Part shown: positions 27,309-40,426 of the stretch, in pieces
Numbering within the stretch: position 1 is the stretch's first letter
Layout: every line of letters starts with the position of its first letter
Assembly (NCBI GenBank): GCA_002269645.1
Contig: NIVC01003116.1
Span: forward strand, 1-64,000
DNA length: 64,000 nucleotides
Direction of reading: 5' to 3'
From: Macrostomum lignano
Taxonomy: Eukaryota
Notes under the pieces: generated by a model
The model's input: only the letters and a program-made list of their open reading frames with translations
Told to the model about the DNA's origin: nothing
Databases searched by the model: none
Program-made: the position numbers and the translations under genes

Positions 27309-30300
27309 ATGATTCAAAATAGCAGACATGGCTTTGATGAGCACGACGTGCGCTTGTACCAGGTGAGTCAATTCTGTTGCAGGATTAATGATTTTGCGGG
27401 TAACCAGTCGCCTTTACTATATTAAGTGAGCCACTATGTACCGGTTTATTTTGGATTTAGTTTACGTCTAAGATACTCGTAGTAAGAGTCAGATCCAGAT
27501 GGAAGAGTCAGATCTAGATGGAAGAGTCAGATCCAGATGGAAGAGTCAGATCTAGATGGAGGAGTCAGATCCAGATGGAAGAGTCAGATCTAGATGGAAG
27601 AGTCAGATCCAGATGGAAGAGTCAGATCTAGATGAAAGAGTCAGATCCAGATGGAAGAGTCAGATCTAGATGGAAGAGTCAGATCCAGATGGAAGAGTCA
27701 GATCTAGATGAAAGAGTCAGATCTAGATGGAAGAGTCAGATCTAGATGGAAGAGTCAGATCCAGATGGAAGAGTCAGATCCAGATGGAAGAGTCAGATCC
27801 AGATGGAAGAGTCAGATTCATATGTAAGAGTCAGATCCAGACTGAAAGAATCATATCTATTTGGAAGAGTCAAATTCAGTTAGAAGAGTCAGGTCGAGAT
27901 GGAAGAGTCAGATAAATCCACATGGAGGAGTCTGAGTGAGAGTCAGGTAGAGGTGACCAGATGTCTAACCTGACACACCGCACCATCCACAGCCGCACTA
28001 CATCCACCGACTGTGTCAGGACAATGACACCAAAGCCCTCACTCGAACTTTGGCCAGCGACAAAACCGGCGTCAATCTCAGAGATCAGGTACGCGGATTG
28101 GGTTCTTTAATATGCACTGCGCTGATGAAGAACCGCCCTCAAATATACATATATGTTAATTTATTTGAAGGCTCAAAAATTCAGATTTTCTCGACCGACT
28201 TGTCTATGGTGAAACCCTATTTAGCTCTATGCCTTCTCTAGAGTGTACAGATACTGTACTTAGGCACTCTCTTGTTAAAGTACACCCGCGGTTTGGATTC
28301 TGTGAGCCAGTCATATTAATTTGGAGCTCTCGCACTCCAAAATTGGCCGGTGGGTTGTCGTTCTGTTCTCGACCATGAGGGCCGAGATGTTCACACCGTG
28401 ACCTAATTCCAGAACGACATGACGCCGCTACAGCTGACGGTGGTCACGGCCGATCCACCCTATCTTGACTCTCTGATGGCCAGACTGATTCAAAACGGCG
28501 CGGACGTTGACGCCAGGGTTACCAGCAATGGCAACACGGCTTTGCACCTGGCCATTCTCTATTCGAAAGAGAGCAATGCGGAATTATCCGTGCCGATCCT
28601 GCTGCATGAGGGGGCATCGCCGAATATTAGAAATCACGTGAGTTGAATCGTTTGCAGACCACAACAGTTAATAGGCCTAATTAATGACAATAAAGAAGCA
28701 CAATTACTTACTGCAGCATCCCATCGCAGGAACTACTTCCATAAAGCCACCATCCCTTATTCACAGCAACTCTCACACCCACCACCCCACACACCCATCA
28801 CCCCTCACACCCACCACCCCTTACACCCACTACCCCTCACACCCACCACCCCTCACAGACGCTAGTTCCCTGATTCCATGATACCCTGATTCCCAGCACC
28901 TCTCACTCTCAATACCCACAACCTCTCAGACCCACTACACCTCAACACACCTCACCCCTCACACCCACCACCCCTCACAGCCGCCCCCTCACACCCACCA
29001 CCCCTCACACCCACCACCCCTCACAGACGCTAGTTCCCTGATTCCCTGATTCCCAGCACCTCTCACTCTCAATACCTCTCAGACCCACAACCTCTCAGAC
29101 CCACTACACCTCAACACACCTCACCCCTCACACCCACCACCCTTCACACCCACCACCCCTCACAGCCGCCCCCTCACACCCACCACCCCTCACAGCCGCC
29201 CCCTCACACCCACCACCCCTCACAGCCGCCCCCTCACAGCCGCCACCCCTCACAGCCGCCCCTCACACCCACAACCCCTCACAGCCGCCCCTCACACTCA
29301 CCACCCCTCACACCCACCACCCCTCACAGCCGCCCCCTCACAGCCGCCACCCCTCACAGCCGCCACCCCTTACAGCCGCAGCCAGTAAAGTTTGTGTACA
29401 CAAGGTTAATTAACTTAATTGACCAACCAACCAACCACAACTCAATTATATCAATTATATAATGCAGCTGGGCAAGACGCCCTTTGACTACGCCTTGGCT
29501 AATGGCTATCGCAGACTAGCTGAACTACTAGCCTCGGTTGAAGACGATCCCAGCTTGGCTAGGACCATCGATCCCTACATGTGGTCACCGCAGGCGGCCG
29601 CTGCTGTTAAAGCGACGCCAGAGGAGCTGAGAGCGGCGATTCGTAGCGGCGACTTGTCCAAAGCTGGGACACTGATGCGACAGGCCGCCCAGCTGGCGTA
29701 TCATGTAAGGATTTGTGAATTTGGGATGAGATAGAGTCTCTCCTGTTAGACAGGATAGTGTTACCTGTTAGCCAGGCTATAGTGTTACCTGCTAGACAGG
29801 ATAGTGTTACCTGTTAGACAGGATAGTGTTACCTGTTAGCCAGGCTATAGTGTTACCTGTTAGCCAGGCTATAGTGTTACCTGTTAGACAGGATAGTGTT
29901 ACCTGTTAGACAGGATAGTGTTACCTGTTAGACAGGATAGTGTTACCTGTTAGACAGGATAGTGTTACCTGTTAGACAGGATAGTGTTACCTGTTAGACA
30001 GGATAGTGTTACCTGCTAGACAGGATAGTGTTACCTGTTAGACAGGATAGTGTTACCTGCTAGACAGGCTAGTGTCACCTGTTAGACAGGATAGTGTTAC
30101 CTGCTAGACAGGCTATAGTGTTACCTGTTAGACAGGCTATAGTGTTACCTGTTAGACAGGCTATAGTGTTACCTGTTAGACAGGATAGTGTTACCTGTTA
30201 GCCAGGCTATAGTGTTACCTGTTAGCCAGGCTATACTGTTACCTGTTAGACAGGATAGTGTTACCTGTTAGACAGGATAGTGTTACCTGTTAGACAGGAT

Positions 30301-33300
30301 AGTGTTACCTGTTAGACAGGATAGTGTTACCTGTTAGACAGGATAGTGTTACCTGCTAGACAGGATAGTGTTACCTGTTAGACAGGATAGTGTTACCTGT
30401 TAGACAGGATAGTGTTACCTGCTAGACAGGATAGTGTTACCTGCTAGACAGGATAGTGTTACCTGTTAGACAGGATAGTGTTACCTGTTAGACAGGATAG
30501 TGTTACCTGCTAGACAGGCTAGTGTCACCTGTTAGACAGGATAGTGTTACCTGTTAGACAGGATAGTGTTACCTGTTAGACATGCTAGCATTACCTGTTA
30601 GACATGCTGGTATTACCTGTTAGACAGGCTATAGTTTTACCTGTTAGACAGGATAGTCTCACCTATTAGACAATGAAAAATATGTAAAACTATTAAAAGT
30701 GTAAAATAAATCATCTCATCTCAATAACGCCGTCATTGCATCTAACTGATTATAGTTGAAACTGAAAGGTGTAAGTACACTGCACAATCCTTAAATGCAT
30801 ATTTTTCTACATAATATAATGGAATAAAACTAACTAATCACTTCAGGTAAAATGTTTTCTTGAAACACATCTTGATTTCATATTTTTCCTACTAAATTAC
30901 GAGCCTCGTATTTAAAAAGTTAACCCCCATGGGACTCAAGCACAAAAATATCTTAAAAACTTTATACCAACATTGTGATACACAAATGCTACTTGAATGG
31001 CACATAAATTTATGACAAAAATTGAATTCTCCAGACCAGCTGCGTCCCCTTGCACTGGGCGGTGACTGAAAGCCCCAAACAGAAGCAGATGCTGCAGCAA
31101 CTGCTTGATAACGAGGCCGATCCGCAACAGGTTGACGAGGTAATATTGCTTTTTGTTAATCTCCTGAGTTTTTATCTTGTTTGTAACCAAAACGTACGGC
31201 TAATTCCAGCAAGGTGAGACTGCAATAACTTTGGCGATTAAAGCTATGAATCACGATCAGGAGATGCTGCGCTCCATCTACCTGCTTCTGCTGGCTGGAG
31301 TGCCCAAGGGGCACAGGAATTCTGTGCGTTTTGCTTCACTTGATATCACTTGCTGTCTTGCTGCTTTTCATTTCGGTTATCGTATAGTGATCCTCTCCTT
31401 CTCAGAGTCTCCCTGACCCTCTACATCTTTCTGTCTCACTCTGACTCTCTGACTCTCCCTCTCTTCCGTCCTCCCTCTCTTCCGTCCTCCCTCTCTTCCA
31501 TCCTCCCTCTCTTCCATCCTCCCTCTCTTCCATCCTCCCTCTCTTCCATCCTCCCTCTCTTCCATCCTCCCTCTCTTCCATCCTCCCTCTCTTCCATCCT
31601 CCCTCTCTTCCATCCTCCCTCTCTTCCATCCTCCCTCTCTTCCATCCTCCCTCTCTTCCATCCTCCCTCTCTTCCATCCTCCCTCTCTTCCATCCTCCCT
31701 CTCTTCCATCCTCCCTCTCTTCCATCCTCCCTCTCTTCCATCCTCCCTCTCTTCCATCCTCCCTCTCTTCCATCCTCCCTCTCTTCCATCCTCCCTCTCT
31801 TCCATCCTCCCTCTCTTCCATCCTCCCTCTCTTCCATCCTCCCTCTCTTCCATCCTCCCTCTCTTCCATCCTCCCTCTCTTCCATCCTCCCTCTCTTCCA
31901 TCCTCCCTCTCTTCCATCCTCCCTCTCTTCCATCCTCCCTCTCTTCCTCTCTCTTTCTCTTTCTCTCTCCCCCTTTCCTCTCTCCCTCTCTTCCACGCTC
32001 TTTTTCTCCCCTTCTCGCCCACTCTCCCACTCTTCCTCTCTCCCTCTCAACCATTTCCCCTTCTCCCCCTCTCTGACCTCTCTCTTCCTCACACGTCGCA
32101 CAATGTCAAACTGGCAATATCACTGTTCATCCCTCCCCTACAGGAGGGCCAAGACGCCCTCTCCCTGGCCCGCCAGCTCGGCTACACAGACGTCGAAGAG
32201 CTGCTATTGACTGGCAGAAACCCGGATGCAGCGCCAGCTAAGAAGCACGTGACCATCGTGGTGCCACCGCCGCCGCCATCTACTCAAAGAGCCCCGCCGC
32301 CTAAGAAAGATAAAGAGCCGCCTCCGCCTCCGCCAAAGCAGACACCAAGAGAGCCACCGCCAAAACGATCGGGCGGTGATCCAAACGCGTTCACTGTGAG
32401 TCAGACAGCATCTTCGATTGAATTTTCTATCAGGATTCATATAGAAAACAGTCAGTACTACTGTTGATTTTACCGGTATTCAGTAGTATTTAACTCATTC
32501 CCGCAGGGACCCTACCACAGGCTGCACGAAATCGCCATGCAGAAAACCGGCAGCACTCAGATGGCCAAAGACATGGAGCAATTGTTCGCGGCTAATCCGG
32601 GTTTAAACCCGGACATTGTCACCAATGATGATGTGAGACAAACTGTGCTCTGTGCGTTGTCTGATGCTTGCAATAACAAGCTATAGTAGGGGATATTGAC
32701 CTCAGAAAAGGTTGATATAGATCAGTGTAGACCTGTGTGAGTAGATAGACCTGCGATATTTGGTAGGTACACCTGTGAAATTCGGTAGATAGATCTGTGA
32801 GATTGGGTAGATAGATCTGAGAATTTCGGTAGATATCGACCTGTGAGATTCGGTAGATATCGACCTGTGAGATTCGGTAGATATCGACCTGTGAGATTCG
32901 GTAGATATCGACCTGTGAGATTCGGTAGATACAGTGTAGATCTGTGAGATCCGGTAGACATCCTCACAGAGAATGTAGACATGACCTCAGAGAGAAGGTA
33001 AAAGTAAACCTCAAATACCTGTGAGATTCTGGGCCCGAAGATCCAACAAACTAGACAAAAAAAATCCCACAGGTTGGCGACACAGCGCTGCACATTGTGG
33101 TCCGCGATCAAAAGATGAAAGCGATTGAATTTCTATTGGAGAAAAATGCCACAGTGGACGTGAAAAACAAGGTAAACACAATTGTAGTAGGGCGTTAATT
33201 TAGCAACCTAGAGTGTCCTCTGAGCGAACAGCCAGCGACCCTATTAAAGCTGGAGTGTGCCAGAACCAGGACTGAGTCTGACCAGGACGAGACCGTTGGC

Positions 33301-36300
33301 ACGGTCACTATAGAAATGGCGGGTTGGCGAAGCAAAGGGTGAAATAGTCCCGGCGATTAGCCCTCCTGCCGCTTCAAAGATAAGAGACTGTCTTGGCAAG
33401 AGTACCCGGGGTTTAGTTGGGGGGGAGGCTCCTCGAGGGTTGCCACGGCCGTGGGGGCGGTCATATGACCGGTTTTTCTGGCTTATCTAACCCAGGAGAA
33501 GGCACGGGCTTCCCTGATTGGTTCGTTCACCCCCCTCTGGCCCCGGGGAGGTTTTTGTTATGTTTGGCTTGAGTACCCGGGGGTGGTGGGTGGTCGGCCC
33601 CAGTATGGTAGCCACGGCTCTCGGCCTTCGGGCCAACCCTAATTGGAAAGGGGTCTACTAACCAGGTTTTTTGGGCACGGGCTTCCTGCCTGGTTCGCCG
33701 AACCGCTGTCACTGTCCCCCGGGGAGGTTTTTGATTTGTCATTTGCCCAATATACAGTCCTCTTAGCTCCAATTAGGATCTTAGTGTACATAAGTACACT
33801 CCCAACCTGGAATCTATATATCTCTAGTGGCGTAAGAGCCTGTTCAATGGCTGAGGCGCCGATTTACTTATTACTGTTACTGTTACATAGAGACGCCGAT
33901 CAGGAAGGGCTGTGGGTAGCTGTATAGGAAGGCAGGCCTATACCTGTTCCAGTTGATGCTCTGACGGTCTCCCTCGGAGTGTCCTCTGAGCGAACAGCCA
34001 GAGACTCTATTAAAGCTGGAGTGTGCCAGAACCAGGACTGAGTCTGACCAGGACGGGGCCATTGGCACGGCCTTATAGAAATGGCGGGTTGGCGAAGCAA
34101 AGGGTGAAACAGTCCCGGCGATTAGCCCTCCTGCCGCTTCAAAGATAGGAGACTGTCTGGCAAGAGTACCCGGGGTTTAGTGGGGGGGGGGAGGCTCCTT
34201 CGGGTTGCCACGGCCGTGGGGGCGGTCATATGACCGGTTTTTGGCTCTAGCTCGTACTAACCCAAGAGAGGGCACGGGCTTCCCTGATTGGTTCACTCAA
34301 CCCCTCTAGCCCCGGGGAGGTTTTGATTTGAGTTTGGAGTAGGTGCGACGCCCCGACGGTAGGGGGTAGGGCCCGCCCTCAGCCCGACTGGTGTCGCCTG
34401 TTCGGCTTGATGGCCACAGTCCTCTTTTAGCCTAGCTTAGAAACCTAGTGTACCTGAGTACACTCCTAACCTGGAACCTTAATTATTCCTAGTGGCGTAA
34501 GAGCCTGTTCAATGGCTGAGGCGCCTTATTACTTATTTTACGAGTAGTTAGTTAGTTATAACTATAATCAAGCAGTTGAGGCTTGGGAAAGCTCGGGAAG
34601 TACCGGCTGAGTCCGGGTCCTCTTGCTCCTTGTGCCTTTCCGACCCCTTGGCCTGGCCTCCAATATAGAGCTGGATAGGTGACACCCTTGCGGCTTGCAG
34701 CCCTATAGGTTTTCTGGTGGCCTGATAGGAGACTCGCCCTCGGAAAGATTCACTCACTCCAAAATTAAGCCATTTCCGTAGACTTCGGGGTCTCCCCGCT
34801 CTCGGACCGCTTTTCAGTAGTGACCCAAACATTTTCCAATTCTTTTTTCGCGCACTCCCAGGATTTGTCCGCTGAGTGGTGGCTTGGGTGGATTCGGTCC
34901 TTGAACCATCCCTGATTCCACAAATTGGGTTGGCGGTGTCTTAGTCCATAGTTTGGGTTGGCAGCTCCCCCTGGCCCAGACGTCAGGGTCCAATCTCGGG
35001 TTTTCCACCCCCATTTAACAACAACAAGTTGACTTAACTTAATTCTAACTTAATTCAAGACCACAAAGAAAGTAGGTAAGAGGCAAGGGAAACTTTGGGG
35101 AATAAAGTAATATTGGTTTTGTCAGCCTAACTGAGAATAAAGCCACCCAAAATGAGAATCCTGCCTACGCTGACTGCCAAGGGCCTGGCTGCGTGCAGCC
35201 TTAGTCTATGGGCCATAGACTATAAAGGACAAGCAAAGTGATAAAAAGCCATCCAATGTGAGAATCCTGCCTACGCTGAATGCGAAGGGCCTAGCTGCGA
35301 CCAGCCTAGTCTATGAGCCATAGACTATAAAGGATAAGCTAGGATTGGCTAGTCATATGGCTCAGAAGCTCAGAAGGTATAAAAATAAAAGAATACGACG
35401 CATAGACCAATCGATTCTCACATTGGATGGCTTTTTATCACTTTGCTTGTCCTTTATTGTCTATGGCCCATAGACTAAGGCTGCACGCAGCCAGGCCCTT
35501 CGCAGTCAGCGTAGGCAGGATTCTCATTTTGGGTGGCTTTATTTTCAGTTAGGCTGACAAAAGCGATACTGTTAGAGGTAGTCATTGCCCACTAAATATC
35601 CGCACCAATTTAACTGTAAAACCATTGCATGCTGAATAATTTTCTTTTTTTCTCTTCCTGAGTAATAAATTTATTAAGATTGGCTTTCCTGTGTTGCTCC
35701 TTTGATCACTAACTACTAGGATTAGGGAAATCAGGAAGCCTGGTGGCAGCAACTACCGAATCAGATCCATTAAGTTCTAAGTAAGATTAAACCAGTAGTC
35801 TAAACCGCAGGTATCACGCCCATTTCACAATGTGGAGTTGTTGCTTTCCGGTCTTTATAAGCTGCATACTGTCTGAATTTTAATTAACCTTTCAAATGAA
35901 ACAATCAGCAAAGGGAGACACCACTGATCCTGTCTCGCAACGGCCCCTGGGGCTACGATAGCAACATCGAGGCCATGCTGATGCAGGCCAACAAGCGTCA
36001 GCTTGCCGAGAAGAAGCAGAGAGTGAAGGCTGCTGCAGCTGCGGCCGCTGCCACGTCCAAGCTCAATGCGGCATCCAAAGATGCGTCCGATAGGCGGAAG
36101 CCGGCGGATGATCCGGTGAATCGGTTCACTGTGAGGATTAAAAACTCTGCCTGCCTTCGGGGAGGGGGCTTCTAGTTTTAGCTGACTCCTCTCTGTCTGC
36201 GTTGGCCGCCATTTTCCTTTCTCTTCCTGCCCTCTCTCCCTCTCTTCCTGCCCTCTCTCCTTCTCTTCGTGCCCCCTCTCTCTCTTCCTGCCCTCTCTCC

Positions 36301-38221
36301 TTCTCTTCCTGCCCTCTCTGCCCCTCTTCCTGCCCTCTCTGCCTCTCTTCCTGCCCTCTCTCCCTCTCTTCCTGCCCTCTCTCCCTCTCTTCCTGCCCTC
36401 TCTGCCTCTCTTCCTGCCCTCTCTGCCTCTCTTCCTGCCCTCTCTCCCTCTCCTCCTGCCCTCTCTGCCTCTCTTCCTGCCCTCTCTCCCTCTCTTCCTG
36501 CCCTCTCTGCCTCTCTTCCTGCCCTCTCTGCCTCTCTTCCTGCCCTCTCTGCCTCTCTTCCTGCCCTCTCTGCCTCTCTTCCTGCCCTCTCTCTACCTCT
36601 TTTCCTGCCCTCTCTGCCTCTCTTCCTGCCCTCTCTCCCTCTCTTCCTGCCCTCTCTGCCTCTCTTCCTGCCCTCTCTCCCTCTCCTCCTGCCCTCTCTG
36701 CCTCTCTTCCTGCCCTCTCTCCCTCTCTTCCTGCCCTCTCTGCCTCTCTTCCTGCCCTCTCTGCCTCTCTTCCTGCCCTCTCTGCCTCTCTTCCTGCCCT
36801 CTCTCTACCCCTTTTCCTGCCCTCTCTGCCTCTCTTCCTGCCCTCTCTCCCTCTCCTCCTGCCCTCTCTCCCTCTCTTCCTGCCCTCTCTGCCTCTCTTC
36901 CTGCCCTCTCTGCCTCTCTTCCTGCCCTCTCTCTACCCCTTTTCCTGCCCTCTCTGCCTCTCTTCCTGCCCTCTCTCCCTCTCCTCCTGCCCTCTCTCCC
37001 TCTCTTCCTGCCCTCTCTGCCTCTCTTCCTGCCCTCTCTCCCTCTCCTCCTGCCCTCTCTGCCTCTCTTCCTGCCCTCTCTGCCTCTCTTCCTGCCCTCT
37101 CTGCCTCTCTTCCTGCCCTCTCTGCCTCTCTTCCTGCCCTCTCTCTACCCCTTTTCCTGACCTCTCTTCCTTTTTTTCCCGGCCTCTCTCCCTTATTTCC
37201 TGCCCTCTCTCTACCCCTTTTCCTGGCCTCTCTTCCTTTTTTCCCGGCCTCTCTCCCTTATTTCCTGCCCTCTCTTTTTCCTTCCTCCTTTCCCACTTTT
37301 ATCTCCTCTCGACCTCGTCCTCTCCCCCTCCTCTCTCCCTGCTTTCTAATGCAGGAACAGATTATAGTTATATAGATTCGGTACTCTAAACCAACAAAAT
37401 CCAAGCGTAACACGATGACAGCAAACGATTTTCAGGGCGAGTACCACAGACTGCACGAGCTGGTGATGCAAAACAAACCCGGGGCAAAAATAGCCGAAGA
37501 AGTGGAGGCAATGTTTCAAGCTCACCCGGGCCTGAACCCCGATCTACAGACCAACGACGATGTAATAATTACGATTGATTAATGACAGATTAGAAGTATG
37601 GAGAGCAAATTTTAAGAAATCAAAAAATATGCTTTCTATGTATTTGCAACACTTCAGATTGGCGATACAGCCCTGCACATGGCGGTGCGGGACCAGCGAC
37701 CGGCAGTAATTCGCTGCCTGCTCAGTCACGATGCTACAGTCAGTATCAGAAACAAGGTGAGAATGCCTGTATGACCCTGGACTTGTATTAAGTTCTTAAA
37801 TCCAGTTTAGGAATCCTGGGTCACATTTAGGAAACCTAAGGTCACATTTAGGAAACCTAGGGTCACATTTAGGAAACCTAAGGTCACATTTAGGAAACCT
37901 AAGGTCACATTTAGGAAACCTAAAGTCACATTTAGGAAACCTAAGGTCACATTTAGGAAACCTAAGGTCACATTTAGGAAACCTATGGTCACATTTAGGA
38001 AACCTAAGGTCACATTAAGGAAACCTAAGGTCACATTAGGGAAACCTAAGGTCACATTTAGGAAACCTAATTAAGAATCTCACCCTATACAATTTCAGAA
38101 AAAGGAGACACCGCTAACCCTGAGCCGAGACGGGCCCTGGGGCAAGGACCAAGAAATTGAAGACATGCTGCTTGAAGCCAATAAAAAACAAATTGCTGCC
38201 AAGCGGTCTGCTGCCAACTGA
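27309..38221 (+). CDS. Ankyrin-repeat protein A, 13 exons, ~625 aa
   Basis: Exons 27309-27362, 27993-28088, 28413-28637, 29468-29704, 31035-31139, 31210-31323, 32144-32395, 32507-32632, 33073-33171, 35909-36130, 37436-37561, 37658-37756 and 38099-38221; all GT-AG, phase 0, open frame. ANK motifs: GNTALHLAI, GKTPFDYA, VPLHWAV, GDTALHIVV, GDTALHMAV, ETPL. Exon 1 is the least certain. Confidence 0.85.
27484..27912. repeat. 19-bp minisatellite (ankyrin A intron 1)
   Basis: Unit gaagagtcagat(c/t)(c/t)agatg with alternating ccag/ctag variants. Confidence 0.92.
28770..29378. repeat. C/A-rich ~16-bp minisatellite (ankyrin A intron 3)
   Basis: cacccaccacccctca and cagccgcc variants. Confidence 0.85.
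29742..30672. repeat. 22-bp minisatellite (ankyrin A intron 4)
   Basis: Unit gttacctgttagacaggatagt. Confidence 0.95.
31455..31945. repeat. 16-bp polypyrimidine minisatellite (ankyrin A intron 6)
   Basis: Unit catcctccctctcttc, nearly homogeneous. Confidence 0.95.
32735..32955. repeat. 24-bp minisatellite (ankyrin A intron 8)
   Basis: Unit gtagatatcgacctgtgagattcg. Confidence 0.85.
33212..34560. mobile_element. Unclassified tandemly duplicated element (ankyrin A intron 9)
   Basis: 33212-33545 resembles 33987-34325, and 33755-33875 resembles 34417-34535; both units end in ttac-rich tails. Confidence 0.6.
35117..35562. mobile_element. Foldback/MITE with ~150-bp inverted repeats
   Basis: 35117-35268 is the near-perfect reverse complement of 35413-35562; a partial direct copy of the arm lies inside. 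Confidence 0.85.
36210..37260. repeat. 21-bp polypyrimidine minisatellite (ankyrin A intron 10)
   Basis: Unit ctcttcctgccctctct(g/c)cct. Confidence 0.93.
37815..38070. repeat. 21-bp minisatellite (ankyrin A intron 12)
   Basis: Unit ggtcacatttaggaaacctaa. Confidence 0.93.
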
Positions 38222-38504
38222 AAGAATTAATGGCCAAAGCCATACATAGCACGAGCTGTTTTGAGTAAATCGCGCATGCGCGAGCGTAAACTAAATATGT
38301 TTTAAGTCTAATTTTCATTTTGACTTTCCATGCTCAAGTTTTATTCGAATATGCTTTGCGTTTAAAAAATTAAAATCTTTTTGTTTCTGAAGGCGAGTAA
38401 AAGAACATGAAATAAATAAATATTTCGATAATATTTACTGCATAATAAACAAGTGATATGGCTAGTTTTATGAAACAAAAACTGTAGGCCTTTGCTTTGA
38501 GGAC

Positions 38505-39895
38505 GAAATGAAGATTGAGAGAGGATGAGATGAAGATTGAGGATGAGATGAAGATTCAGAGAGAATGAGATAAAGATTCAGGGAGGATGAGATGAAGATT
38601 AAGAGAGGATGAGGTGACGATTCAGAGAGGATGAGGTGAAGGGGTGAAAGAGATGAGATGACTGGGTGAAAGAGGATGAGATGATAGGTGAAAGAGGATG
38701 AGGTGACGATTCAGAGAGGATGAGGTGAAGGGGTGAAAGAGATGAGATGACTGGGTGAAAGAGGATGAGATGATAGGTGAAAGAGGATGAGATGATAGGT
38801 GAAATAGGATGAGATGATAGGTGAAAGAGGATGAGATGACAGGGTGAGAGAGGATGAGATGACAGGGTGAAATAGGATGAGATGACAGGTGAAAGAGGAT
38901 GAGATGACAGGTGAAAGAGGATGAGATGACAGGTGAAAGAGGATGAGATGACAGGTGAGAGAGGATGAGATGACAGGTGAAAGAGGATGAGAGGATGAGA
39001 TGACAGGGTGAGAGAGAATGAGATGACAGGTGAAAGAGGATGAGATGACAGGTGAAAGAGGATGAGATGACAGGTGAAAGAGGATGAGATGACAGGTGAA
39101 AGAGGATGAGATGACAGGTGAAAGAGGATGAGATGACAGGGTGAGAGAGGATGAGGTGACAGGTGAAAGAGGATGAGATGACAGGGTGAGAGAGAATGAG
39201 ATGACAGGTGAAAGAGGATGAGATGACAGGTGAAAGAGGATGAGATGATAGGTGAAAGAGGATGAGATGATAGGTGAAATAGGATGAGATGATAGGTGAA
39301 AGAGGATGAGATGACAGGGTGAGAGAGGATGAGATGACAGGGTGAAATAGGATGAGATGACAGGTGAAAGAGGATGAGATGACAGGTGAAAGAGGATGAG
39401 ATGACAGGTGAAAGAGGATGAGATGACAGGTGAGAGAGGATGAGATGACAGGTGAAAGAGGAAGAGAGGATGAGATGACAGGGTGAGAGAGAATGAGATG
39501 ACAGGGTGAGAGAGGATGAGATGACAGGTGAAAGAGGATGAGATGACAGGGTGAGAGAGGATGAGATGATAGGTGAAAGAGGATGAGATGACAGGATGAG
39601 AGAGGATGAGATGACAGGGTGAGAGAGGATGAGGTGACAGGTGAAAGAGGATGAGATGACAGGGTGAGAGAGAATGAGATGACAGGTGAAAGAGGATGAG
39701 ATGGCAGGTGAAAGAGGATGAGATGACAGGTGAAAGAGGATGAGATGACAGGTGAAAGAGGATGAGATGACAGGTGAAAGAGGATGAGATGACAGGTGAA
39801 AGAGGATGAGATGACAGGTGAAAGAGGATGAGATGACAGGTGAAAGAGGATGAGGTGACAGGTGAGAGGATGAGATGACCGGGTGAGAGAGGATA
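38505..39895. repeat. ~22-bp purine-rich minisatellite between the ankyrin genes
   Basis: Unit gaggatgagatgacaggtgaaa and variants. Confidence 0.93.
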
Positions 39896-40426
39896 AGTTT
39901 AAGGGGAGATATGGAAAAGAGAGAGCGATTCAATTAGAATTGCTTCAAAGAAGTGACACAAACGGTGGCAGTACGCGAAGGCCATGCAGCTACCCCAGAA
40001 GGGAGTACATGGACTACTAGTAGTAGTAGTCCTTGCCACTACCTCTCCAATCTAAGTCAGAGAATGCATACAATTGGTCCAGCTGGGCAAGAGGTGAGCG
40101 GCAGAGAAGAGAGCTGAGCACAAACGCTCAAGCCTCCGATGTCCACACCGAGGGCACGAATGTGTTGGGGTGTTGAGCTCAACTCTCTTTCACGTAGCAA
40201 CGGAGAAGCAAAATAAAAGAATGTGCAGCTTCAACTCAAGCCCTGCTCAGCGCGCAAGTTATAATAGCACTTGTGAAGCTGTTATACAGAGTTGTACTTT
40301 CAAACTGGGTGCAGCGTGCAAGCTGCAACTGATTTTGCTGTTGAAGATTGCTGCTCTTAGGAGCAGTGCAAGAAGATTTTACTAGCCATTTTTTTAACAA
40401 CGCGCTAATTCTGCATCTGAAAGAGG

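Noticed and set aside
27950-27975. ggtgaccagatgtc as a hAT terminal repeat
   Set aside because: No matching opposite end found; it lies just before the exon 2 acceptor of ankyrin A.
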